A stretch of DNA of 64,000 bases from an uncultured Actinomycetes bacterium. GTDB lineage: Bacteria > Actinomycetota > Acidimicrobiia > Acidimicrobiales > JACCXE01. The stretch is from contig OY970363.1 in NCBI GenBank assembly GCA_963718605.1, forward strand, positions 1,795,239-1,859,238, given 5' to 3'. The notes under the pieces are model-generated. The model worked only from the letters and a program-made list of their open reading frames with translations. It ran no database searches and was not told where the DNA came from. Position numbers and translations under genes: made by a program. Shown piece by piece: positions 9,231 to 16,992 of the stretch (the first letter of the stretch is position 1; each line of letters starts with the position of its first letter).

Positions 9231-10628
9231 CTAACGGGACAGGTCGTTGGCGGTCCAGAACCCCGGTTGGGGACGGGCCGCGCTCGCGCCGGCTGCGCCA
9301 TACGACGCGAGGCGGGCGCGGTGGCTGTCTTCCAGCAACGCGATCGCGTCGAAGAACGCGGTGGGCCCGGCGGAGCGCAACACGGTGTCGCCCTCGCTCG
9401 GCCGCTTGGGCAGGCTCGGCGCGAGCAGCACGAAATTCACGTCACCGAGCCGACCCTTCGTTGCGCTCGCTTTACCGAGAGCCCGCCACACCGCGTCCAT
9501 CTTCTGCAGGCCGGCGCGGTGGCTCGTGAACGGGCCAGGCACGTCGAAGTACCACGGCGTGCCGTGTGCATCCGTCGCGCGGAAGTTCAACACGAGGCCG
9601 GCTTTGGGAACGCGATAACTCTCGTCCGTGATCGTGAAGCCAGACTCCTCGAGGACCGATTTCGCCAGTCCGTCCGCGTTCTTGTCGTCGATGTCGTCCG
9701 GTACTTCGGGAAAGCGAATAGCGCGCTCGTACCTGTCGCGCGCAATCGCCACGTACTCGGGGTCGGTGTCGTAGCCGACGAAGCGCCGCCCCAACCGCTT
9801 GGCCGCCACGCCCGTCGAGCCGCTCCCGGCGAATGGGTCGAGCACCAGGTCGTTCTCGTAGGTGTAGAGCCGCATGAGCTGCTCGGGTAGCTCGGCGGGG
9901 AACGGCGCCGGGTGCCCGACCCGTTTGGCGCTCTCGGGTGGGATGGTCCACACGTCGAGAGTCAGGTTCATGAAGTCGTCGACGCCGACGCTGTTGACGT
10001 GGGGCAGGCCGGCCGCCGCCCGCTGTTTCACCGTAAGCGCGCGATCGAAGCGACCCTTGCTCGCGATCACGACGCGTTCGCTGATGTCGCGCAGTACGGG
10101 ATTCGCGGCGCTGCGGAATGAGCCCCACGCACACGAGCCCGCGGCACCCTCACTCTTTTGCCAGATCAACTCGCCCCGCAACAACAGCCCGAGATCGTGT
10201 TCAAGGATGCGGATCACGTCGGCGGACAGGCTGCGATAGGGCTTGCGGCCGAGGTTCGCGACGTTCACGGCGATGCGTCCACCCGGCTCCAGCTTGCGCA
10301 CGCACTCGGCGAACACATCGGTTAACAACGCGAGGAACTCGAGGTACGACCCGGGCACGCCTTCGCGCTGCAACTCTTCCTCGTACTGCTTGCCCGCGAA
10401 GTACGGGGGCGAGGTCACGACCAGCGCGACGGAGCCATCGCGCACGGCGTCCATCGAACGGGCGTCGCCGAGCACCACGGGTTCGGGGACGGGCATCGGC
10501 GGCAACACCGTGTCGTCCGTCGACACCTCGGGCACGCGGAAGCGGTCGTAGAAGGCCTGCGCGTCGTGGTTCTCGCGCTTACCGACGCCGAAGTTCGACG
10601 TCGTTGTCCCCTTGCGCGGTAACTCCAC
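9231..10628 (-). CDS. beta-class N4/N6 DNA methyltransferase with an uncharacterised C-terminal extension of about 150 aa
   Basis: Motif IV TSPPY comes before motif I DPFAGSGSTGVAAKRLGRRFVGYD, which is the beta-class order. GTG start at 10628. The last roughly 150 aa (DDIDDKNADG...FWTANDLSR) carry no motif I recognise. Confidence 0.85.
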   Translation of the reverse strand: MELPRKGTTTSNFGVGKRENHDAQAFYDRFRVPEVSTDDTVLPPMPVPEPVVLGDARSMDAVRDGSVALVVTSPPYFAGKQYEEELQREGVPGSYLEFLALLTDVFAECVRKLEPGGRIAVNVANLGRKPYRSLSADVIRILEHDLGLLLRGELIWQKSEGAAGSCAWGSFRSAANPVLRDISERVVIASKGRFDRALTVKQRAAAGLPHVNSVGVDDFMNLTLDVWTIPPESAKRVGHPAPFPAELPEQLMRLYTYENDLVLDPFAGSGSTGVAAKRLGRRFVGYDTDPEYVAIARDRYERAIRFPEVPDDIDDKNADGLAKSVLEESGFTITDESYRVPKAGLVLNFRATDAHGTPWYFDVPGPFTSHRAGLQKMDAVWRALGKASATKGRLGDVNFVLLAPSLPKRPSEGDTVLRSAGPTAFFDAIALLEDSHRARLASYGAAGASAARPQPGFWTANDLSR

Positions 10629-10664
10629 CCGAAGACTCTAGAAGCGCGGCGCGCGTACCGCGAG

Positions 10665-11072
10665 TTGGTTGACTACTACGCAATGCGTGGTACTGTGCAC
10701 GGCATGGCAGGATCCACGAACGGGCACACGGCGGCGCCCGAGGCGACCACCCAGTTGCTCAAAGGCGTGCTCGACCTCGCGGTTGTCGCGGTGCTCCGCA
10801 CCGGTGACGCGTACGGCTACGACGTCGTTCGTCGTCTGCGCGACGCGGGGCTTGGTGACGTTGGCGACGCGTCGGTGTACGGCACGCTGCGGCGCCTCTA
10901 CAGCGCGGGGGCGTTGTCGAGCTACGTCGTCGCGTCAGAGGAAGGGCCGCACCGCAAGTACTACGGGTTAACGCCCGCGGGGCGTGAACGATTCGAGCGC
11001 GAGGCCGACACATGGCGAGCGTTCTCGGCAGCGATGGAGAGCCTCGTTCACGAGGCCGAGGAGGCGAAGTGA
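10665..11072 (+). CDS. PadR family transcriptional regulator
   Basis: Winged-HTH core LKGVLDLAVVAVLRTGDAYGYDVVRRLR...VYGTLRRLYSAGALSSY...RKYYGLTPAGRERF. The start is uncertain (TTG 10665, ATG 10683 or ATG 10704). Confidence 0.85.
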   Translation: MVDYYAMRGTVHGMAGSTNGHTAAPEATTQLLKGVLDLAVVAVLRTGDAYGYDVVRRLRDAGLGDVGDASVYGTLRRLYSAGALSSYVVASEEGPHRKYYGLTPAGRERFEREADTWRAFSAAMESLVHEAEEAK

Positions 11073-12079
11073 GCACAACCCACCAAGTCGATCTGGTTGA
11101 GGCGTACATCGCCGAGGTCCGCGAGCGTCTCGTCGGGGTTCCCGAGGAGGAACGCACTGAATTGCTCGACGATGTCACCGCGCACGTCCGCGAGGTCGCA
11201 GACGAACACGGCGCCGATCAATTGCGCGACCGTCTCGGTTCGCCGCAGCAGTTCGGCGACGAACTCCGCACGTCGGCCGGCTTCACTCCGGCGGACGCGG
11301 AGAGCTCGGGCCCGTCTATCACGGCGCGGTTTGATCGCCAGTGGGCGGCGCTGCGTGCAACCCCGCCGGGGAAGTGGGTTGAGCAGGAGTGGCCGCGTCT
11401 CGAGCCGGCCTGGTGGTTGCTGCGCGGCGCCGCGCTCGTCTCGCTCGCGATGTCCCTGTCAGAACCGAACGCGGGGCTGATCCCGCGCATCGGCGACGGG
11501 CGGATGCTCGGGTTGCTCGCGGTTGCCGCGGGCGCGGTCACGTCGTACATCCTGGGTTCACGGCGTCCGGCGAACCAGTCACGCCGCGTGCATCGCGCCC
11601 GCATTGCCGGTGAGGTCGCGCTCGCGTTCTTCGCGGTGGTGTTCCTGGCTCAGGCGTCTGACAGCCACGTCGTCTATTACGACTCGAGCAACGGGTCGCA
11701 ACCCGATGCCTGCCTGCGCGACTCCGCCGGCCGAGCCATCGGCAACCTTTTTGCGTTCGACGCGACCGGCAAGGCCATCCCGCAGGTCTTCCTCACCGAC
11801 CAAGCCGGGCGGGCCATCGACAATCTGTGTCCTGATCAGGCCGACTCCGAAAATCCGAACGGGCCGGCCAAGACCACCTACGCCCGGGATGTGAATGGTG
11901 CGCCCGTCTACAACGTCTTCCCGCGGGCACAACAGCGTGCGACGTCCGTCGACCCGAACACGGGCGAGGTCACGGGAACCTCGCCGGTGCCCGCGCCCGC
12001 CGTCGTACTGCCCCAGCTCGCGCCGGACGGCGCCCCGCCGTTCGCGACCACGACCACGGCGGTGCCAGCGCAGCCGTAG
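11069..12079 (+). CDS. HAAS/DUF1700-like membrane protein partnered with PadR
   Basis: GTG 11069 overlaps the PadR stop (GTGA). The N-terminal helical region is VDLVEAYIAEVRERLVGVPEEERTELLDDVTAHVREV. About three TM segments follow, then an extracytoplasmic tail with a duplicated D(S/Q)AGRAI(G/D)NL motif and a Pro-rich end. Confidence 0.6.
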   Translation: MSTTHQVDLVEAYIAEVRERLVGVPEEERTELLDDVTAHVREVADEHGADQLRDRLGSPQQFGDELRTSAGFTPADAESSGPSITARFDRQWAALRATPPGKWVEQEWPRLEPAWWLLRGAALVSLAMSLSEPNAGLIPRIGDGRMLGLLAVAAGAVTSYILGSRRPANQSRRVHRARIAGEVALAFFAVVFLAQASDSHVVYYDSSNGSQPDACLRDSAGRAIGNLFAFDATGKAIPQVFLTDQAGRAIDNLCPDQADSENPNGPAKTTYARDVNGAPVYNVFPRAQQRATSVDPNTGEVTGTSPVPAPAVVLPQLAPDGAPPFATTTTAVPAQP

Positions 12080-12089
12080 CTTTGGACCC

Positions 12090-12917
12090 ATGACGTATTC
12101 GCTGGTCGTGCGCGACGCGGGCACCGGTCAATTCGGCGTGGCGGTGCAATCGCACTTCTTCTCGGTCGGCTCGATCGTGCCCTGGGCGCAGCCCGGCGTC
12201 GGCGCCGTGGCCACTCAGGCAATGGCCGAGATCTCGTACGGCCCGAACGCGCTCGACTTACTCACGGGCGGCGCGTCCGCTTCGGACGCGCTCGCGCAGT
12301 TGATCGCCGCGGACGAAGGTGCCGCGCAGCGCCAGGTTGCGATCGTCGACGCGGAAGGCCGCGCGGCGGCGCACACGGGTGAGCGTTGCATCGCGTACGC
12401 CAGCCACATCGTGGGGGACGGGTGGACCGTCGAAGCGAACATGATGCGACGCGAGGGCGTGCCCGAAGCGATGGCCGCCGCTCTGACTGCCGGGGGCGAT
12501 GAACCGCTCGCGGATCGCATGCTGGCCGCGCTCGATGCGGCCGAGGCCGCGGGTGGCGACGTGCGGGGCAAGCAGTCGGTCGCGATGTTGATCGTGCCCG
12601 ACGAAGGCGAGCCGTGGCGCCGCTTGCTTGATCTGCGTGTCGAGGACCACGCCGATCCTCTCGGCGAGATGCGTCGGTTGCTCGGGCTCCACAAGGCGTA
12701 CCGCGAGGGCGGCGATCAGAGCGTCTTGGGCGACAACTTCGAGCTGCGGTTTTGGTTGATGGTGGGCGCGGCGATGAACGGCGACATCGACCAGGCGCGC
12801 GCGATGCTCGCCGAAGCGTCGAAGACCGAACCGGGCTGGGCCGAACTCATACAACGGCTGCCGGCTGCGGGCATGTGGCCCGACGGCGAAGAAACCATCG
12901 CCCGACTACTGGCGTGA
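12090..12917 (+). CDS. DUF1028 family protein (Ntn-hydrolase-like fold)
   Basis: The N-terminus MTYSLVVRDAGTGQFGVAVQSHFFSVGSIVPWAQPGVGAVATQA is typical of DUF1028. The ORF-track start at 11895 is Arg/Pro-rich and overlaps the upstream gene, so I rejected it. Confidence 0.8.
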   Translation: MTYSLVVRDAGTGQFGVAVQSHFFSVGSIVPWAQPGVGAVATQAMAEISYGPNALDLLTGGASASDALAQLIAADEGAAQRQVAIVDAEGRAAAHTGERCIAYASHIVGDGWTVEANMMRREGVPEAMAAALTAGGDEPLADRMLAALDAAEAAGGDVRGKQSVAMLIVPDEGEPWRRLLDLRVEDHADPLGEMRRLLGLHKAYREGGDQSVLGDNFELRFWLMVGAAMNGDIDQARAMLAEASKTEPGWAELIQRLPAAGMWPDGEETIARLLA

Positions 12918-13756
12918 GACGCGTCGTCGTGGCGGTCGTGCTCCTGTTCAGCGCGGTCGCGAGCGCGTGCACGACCGCCGATCGCTATGCGCCAAAGTTC
13001 GGTGCCGCGCAGCGGTTGTCGTCGACGGGTGGCGTGACCGCTTTAGCGCTGGACGGCACGGACGTGTACTTCGCGGCGGGCGGCGACGTCTTTCGCGTGA
13101 ACAGCCGGCAGCCGGCACAAACGGTGCGGATCGCCGGCATCAGCGCCGAATCATTGGCGGTCTTTCGCGGCCGGCTGTACGCATCGTGGACGGATCCGGC
13201 CGAACTCGTACACGTCGTCCGCGTCTCGAACGGAGTGCCCACTTTGATTTGGCTGGGGAGGAGCCTCGCGCCGACCAGTCACATCGACTTCGACCCTGAC
13301 GGCCGTCTCTATGTGTCGATGGGGGACGTCCTCGAACAGATCGACCGGGGTGGCAAGGAGGGGCAAGTCGCCAAGAAGGTCACCGACGGTTGGGTCGATG
13401 CCTACGCCTTCGACGTGGATGAGCACAACCGCGTGTGGGTCGTAGATCAGCCAGGTGCGGATGGCAAAGCCTTCGTCGCCCGCGGTCGGGAACGCGACCA
13501 CGCCAAGCGGCGGCGTTTCGCGACCGCGCTACCCGCAGGATCCACTCCGTCGGCCGTCGCGACCCGTGTGGACGAGGCGCTCGTGTGCCGGTCCTCGACG
13601 CACGATGTGTTCCGCCTCCACATCGGTCTCGACAACACCGCCCGTCGACGAAACGTCGTAAAGGGTCTGGTCTGCGACGGTGCGATCGCCACGATGGCCG
13701 ACGGTTCGGTGGTCACCGCGACCCACGACGCGATCCTTCGCTACGGTGCGCGCTGA
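12914..13756 (+). CDS. putative lipoprotein, beta-propeller-like
   Basis: GTG 12914 overlaps the upstream stop. Signal peptide plus lipobox VVLLFSAVASAC. The repetitive beta-strand-like body has no motif I can name. Confidence 0.5.
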   Translation: MRRVVVAVVLLFSAVASACTTADRYAPKFGAAQRLSSTGGVTALALDGTDVYFAAGGDVFRVNSRQPAQTVRIAGISAESLAVFRGRLYASWTDPAELVHVVRVSNGVPTLIWLGRSLAPTSHIDFDPDGRLYVSMGDVLEQIDRGGKEGQVAKKVTDGWVDAYAFDVDEHNRVWVVDQPGADGKAFVARGRERDHAKRRRFATALPAGSTPSAVATRVDEALVCRSSTHDVFRLHIGLDNTARRRNVVKGLVCDGAIATMADGSVVTATHDAILRYGAR

Positions 13757-14574
13757 TGACAGTCACCCTTGACGCGGCCGCGGTCAACGAGCACGCCAAG
13801 CGCGTGGCCGAGGACGGCTACACGATTGTGGAGAACGCGATCGCCCCCGACTTGATCGAGGCGATCGCTGACGACCTCGCTCGCCTTGAGCGTGAACTCA
13901 ACACGCAGCCCGCGGCGAACAGCTTCGAAGGCGCGAACACACTGCGCGTCTACAACCTGTTGAAGTACGGCAAGGTCTGGGAACAGATCCCCGTGCACCC
14001 GAACGTCTTGCCGATTGTCGAGAAGGTGCTCGACCCGGGATGTCTCATCTCGTCCTTGTCGTCGATCAACATTGGATCCGGCGAAACCGCGCAACCGATC
14101 CACGCCGACGACCAACTGATTCCGATCCCCAAGCCGCACCCGCCGACCGTGTGCAACTCGATGTGGGCGATCACCGACTTCACCGAGGCGAACGGCGCCA
14201 CCCGACTCATGCCCGGCACCCACCTTTATGACCACAGCCCGCGCTATGACCAGCCGTACGAGTCGATCCCGGCCGAGATGGCGAAGGGCTCGGTGCTGGT
14301 GTGGCACGGCTCGATGTGGCACGGCGGCGGCGCCAACCAAACCGACCAACGCCGCATCGGCATCGCGATGAACTACTGCGCGGGCTACATCCGTCAACAA
14401 GAAAACCAGCAACTCGGGTTGCCTCCGTCACTGGTGCAGACCTTCGAACCGCGGCTGCAACAGCTCGTCGGCTACGGCATATACACCGGGCTCATCGGCC
14501 ACATCGACAAGCAGACGCCGGCCACCGCGTTGTTCGGCGACGCCGGCGACCAGATGTTGTGGGACGCCATATGA
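13756..14574 (+). CDS. phytanoyl-CoA dioxygenase (PhyH) family Fe(II)/2-oxoglutarate oxygenase
   Basis: ATG 13756 overlaps the upstream TGA. It has the HxD facial-triad element IHADDQ and a distal His in WHGSMWHGGGAN. Confidence 0.8.
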   Translation: MTVTLDAAAVNEHAKRVAEDGYTIVENAIAPDLIEAIADDLARLERELNTQPAANSFEGANTLRVYNLLKYGKVWEQIPVHPNVLPIVEKVLDPGCLISSLSSINIGSGETAQPIHADDQLIPIPKPHPPTVCNSMWAITDFTEANGATRLMPGTHLYDHSPRYDQPYESIPAEMAKGSVLVWHGSMWHGGGANQTDQRRIGIAMNYCAGYIRQQENQQLGLPPSLVQTFEPRLQQLVGYGIYTGLIGHIDKQTPATALFGDAGDQMLWDAI

Positions 14575-15446
14575 GTGTCCTTGAAGACTGGAAGGCGCGC
14601 GGGTCGTTCGCGGACGGCGAGCACGGCGAGGTGTTCTACGTCGACGTTCCCGCCGTGGAGGACGCGGGCCTCGACCCGATCCTGATCGTCCACGGCTACC
14701 CGTCGTGTTCCTATGACTGGTCCGCGTGTCTGCCGACGTTGAGCGCGCGGCGCCGGGTTGTGCTGATGGACCTGCCCGGCTTTGGCCTGTCGGCCAAGCC
14801 CGACCTGCGCTACTCGATCAGGCTCTACGCGGATGCGGTTGAGGCGGTCGTGTGCGAAGCCGCGTTGACGCGCGTCGCGCTGGTAACCCACGACATGGGC
14901 GACACAGTGGGCGGCGAGTTGCTCGCCCGCGACCTCGAAGGTGAGTTGTCGTTCGCGGTAAGCGAGCGCGTCCTAACGAACGGGTCGATCTACATCGACA
15001 TGGCCCAGCTCACCGGGGGCCAACAGTTTCTCCTCGCGTGTGAGGACGAGTTGCTGCCGCCCGAGTCCGGCGGTGACGGGTCCGCATTCCGCGGTTCGCT
15101 CGCGGCGATCTGCTCGCCCGACCATCAGCCCAGCGAGGACGACCTCGACGCCCTCTGGCAATTCATGACCTACAACGACGGCCACCGCTTGCTCGCCCGC
15201 ACGATTCGCTACATCGAGGACCGCCGCGCCGAAGAGGCGCGTTTCACCGGCGCGATCGAGAAGCACCCGTCGCCCCTGGGAATCGTCTGGGGCGCGCTCG
15301 ACCCGGTCGCGGTGTACCCGATGACCGCGAAGTTGTTGGCCGCTCGCGAAGACGCGCGCCGCATCACCCTCGAAGACGTGGGGCACTTCCCGATGCTCGA
15401 GGAGGCACAGCGCACCGCCGACGCAATAGTGGCGTTGCTCGCGTGA
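14571..15446 (+). CDS. alpha/beta hydrolase (epoxide-hydrolase/dehalogenase-like, Asp nucleophile)
   Basis: ATG 14571 overlaps the upstream stop. It has HGYPSCSYDW and the nucleophile elbow THDMGDTVGG, with Asp in place of Ser. Confidence 0.78.
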   Translation: MSVLEDWKARGSFADGEHGEVFYVDVPAVEDAGLDPILIVHGYPSCSYDWSACLPTLSARRRVVLMDLPGFGLSAKPDLRYSIRLYADAVEAVVCEAALTRVALVTHDMGDTVGGELLARDLEGELSFAVSERVLTNGSIYIDMAQLTGGQQFLLACEDELLPPESGGDGSAFRGSLAAICSPDHQPSEDDLDALWQFMTYNDGHRLLARTIRYIEDRRAEEARFTGAIEKHPSPLGIVWGALDPVAVYPMTAKLLAAREDARRITLEDVGHFPMLEEAQRTADAIVALLA

Positions 15447-16309
15447 GAGTCGACCTCATCGACGGGACCTACGAACTGTTTCGCCACTTCTACGGCCAGC
15501 GGGACGAGAACACGCGCACCGGCACGGCGGCGGTGCGCGGTGTGTTGTCGACGGTGCTGCAAACGATCGAGGGTGGCGCGAGCCATGTTGGTGTCGCGAC
15601 CGACCACGTGATCGAAAGCTTTCGTAACCGCATGTGGACGGGCTACAAGACGAGTGCGGGCATGGACCCCGCGCTGCTCGCCGTGTTCCCGCTGCTCGAA
15701 GAAGCCCTGGTGGCCATGGGCGTGCGCACGTACGCGATGGTCGAACTCGAAGCGGACGACGCGCTCGCGACGGTGGCGGCCGTGTGCGCAGAACACGATG
15801 AGGTGGAACAGGTCCGCATCTGGACACCCGACAAAGATCTTGGTCAATGCGTGCGTGAAGACGAGCGGGTCGTGCAGATCGACCGTCGCGCCAACAAGTT
15901 GATCAACGCGGACGCGGTCCGCGAGAAGTTCGGCGTCGACCCCGCGTCGATCCCCGACTTCCTCGCGCTCGTTGGCGACAGCGCCGACGGCTTTCCCGGC
16001 TTACCGGGGTTCGGGGCGAAGACGGCGGCGGTCCTGCTCAAGCTCTACAAGCACATCGAGAACATCCCTGACGCGCCCGGTCAGTGGGAAGTCACCGTGC
16101 GCGGTGGCGGCACGCTCGCGGCGACCTTGGCGGAGAACCGGGACTTGGTTGCGCTGTTCAAGGAACTCGCGACCCTCCGCATCGATCCGTCGATCATCGA
16201 TGGCGTCGACGACCTCGCGTGGACCGGCCCTACGGCTGACTTCGCCGTGGTCAGTAAACAGTTCGACGGCGAGTTCGTGGCCAACCGGGCCGCCGCATTG
16301 GCGAGTTAG
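15443..16309 (+). CDS. 5'-3' exonuclease / flap endonuclease (Pol I N-terminal-domain-like)
   Basis: GTG 15443 overlaps the upstream stop. The PIN-like N-terminus has an acidic cluster (ELEADDALAT). An H3TH region is present: LVGDSADGFPGLPGFGAKTAAVLL. Confidence 0.85.
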   Translation: MRVDLIDGTYELFRHFYGQRDENTRTGTAAVRGVLSTVLQTIEGGASHVGVATDHVIESFRNRMWTGYKTSAGMDPALLAVFPLLEEALVAMGVRTYAMVELEADDALATVAAVCAEHDEVEQVRIWTPDKDLGQCVREDERVVQIDRRANKLINADAVREKFGVDPASIPDFLALVGDSADGFPGLPGFGAKTAAVLLKLYKHIENIPDAPGQWEVTVRGGGTLAATLAENRDLVALFKELATLRIDPSIIDGVDDLAWTGPTADFAVVSKQFDGEFVANRAAALAS

Positions 16310-16992
16310 AACAGCAGCGCGAGCGACGCGGGCAAGCAGGTCGCTCCTGGCAACGCCGCGAACGCGGCGACGCCGGGCCGTAGGGCGGCGGCGAGTTGCG
16401 CCTCGCCCGCGAGCACCTGCGGACGCGCCGGCGCGTACAGCGAGCTGATCGCGTCATAGCCCTGGTTCTCGAGCGGTCGCATCACCGAGACCACTTGGTC
16501 GACAGGCAACGAGTCGAGTTGGCTACCGCCCGCGATGAGCATCGGGCCGAACAGGGGAAAGGCCGGCTCGAACGCGGGGACCATTGCGAACGCTTCGGGC
16601 GAGAACGGCCCAAACAGCGGGATGATCGACACGAGGTTGGCCAACCCCGCCTGCTCAGTGGGCACGGCGAGGCCCAGTTCACACGGCGCGAGCGCCGCGG
16701 GCGCGCCGGGCGGTGGCGTCGATGGAGACGGCCCGGCCGAGGGTGAGGGCGCCGGTGTTGACGCGCCTGGCGAGGCCGCAGGCGCGTCGATCGCGACGCC
16801 AGCTACCTCGGTTGAGGTCGCGATCGGCGCCGCGAGGCGCGGTGTCACCAACGACAGCGACGAGTTTGGAATCGGCACGCCAGCGCGGCCTGGCTCGTAC
16901 GCACGGGCCAGCAACGCGAACGCGGCGAGCGCGACAAACGCGGCGACAACAACGACGAGCGCGACCGAGCGGGCGCGGCGCGACGCGATCAC
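16306..16992 (-). CDS. hypothetical membrane-anchored protein (228 aa)
   Basis: GTG 16992 overlaps the stop of the upstream 813-aa gene (GTGA). It has one TM (SVALVVVVAAFVALAAFALLA), a Pro/Ser/Ala linker, and a C-terminal domain of unknown family. The longer 420-aa ORF-track version is out-of-frame overlap. Confidence 0.5.
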   Translation of the reverse strand: MIASRRARSVALVVVVAAFVALAAFALLARAYEPGRAGVPIPNSSLSLVTPRLAAPIATSTEVAGVAIDAPAASPGASTPAPSPSAGPSPSTPPPGAPAALAPCELGLAVPTEQAGLANLVSIIPLFGPFSPEAFAMVPAFEPAFPLFGPMLIAGGSQLDSLPVDQVVSVMRPLENQGYDAISSLYAPARPQVLAGEAQLAAALRPGVAAFAALPGATCLPASLALLF

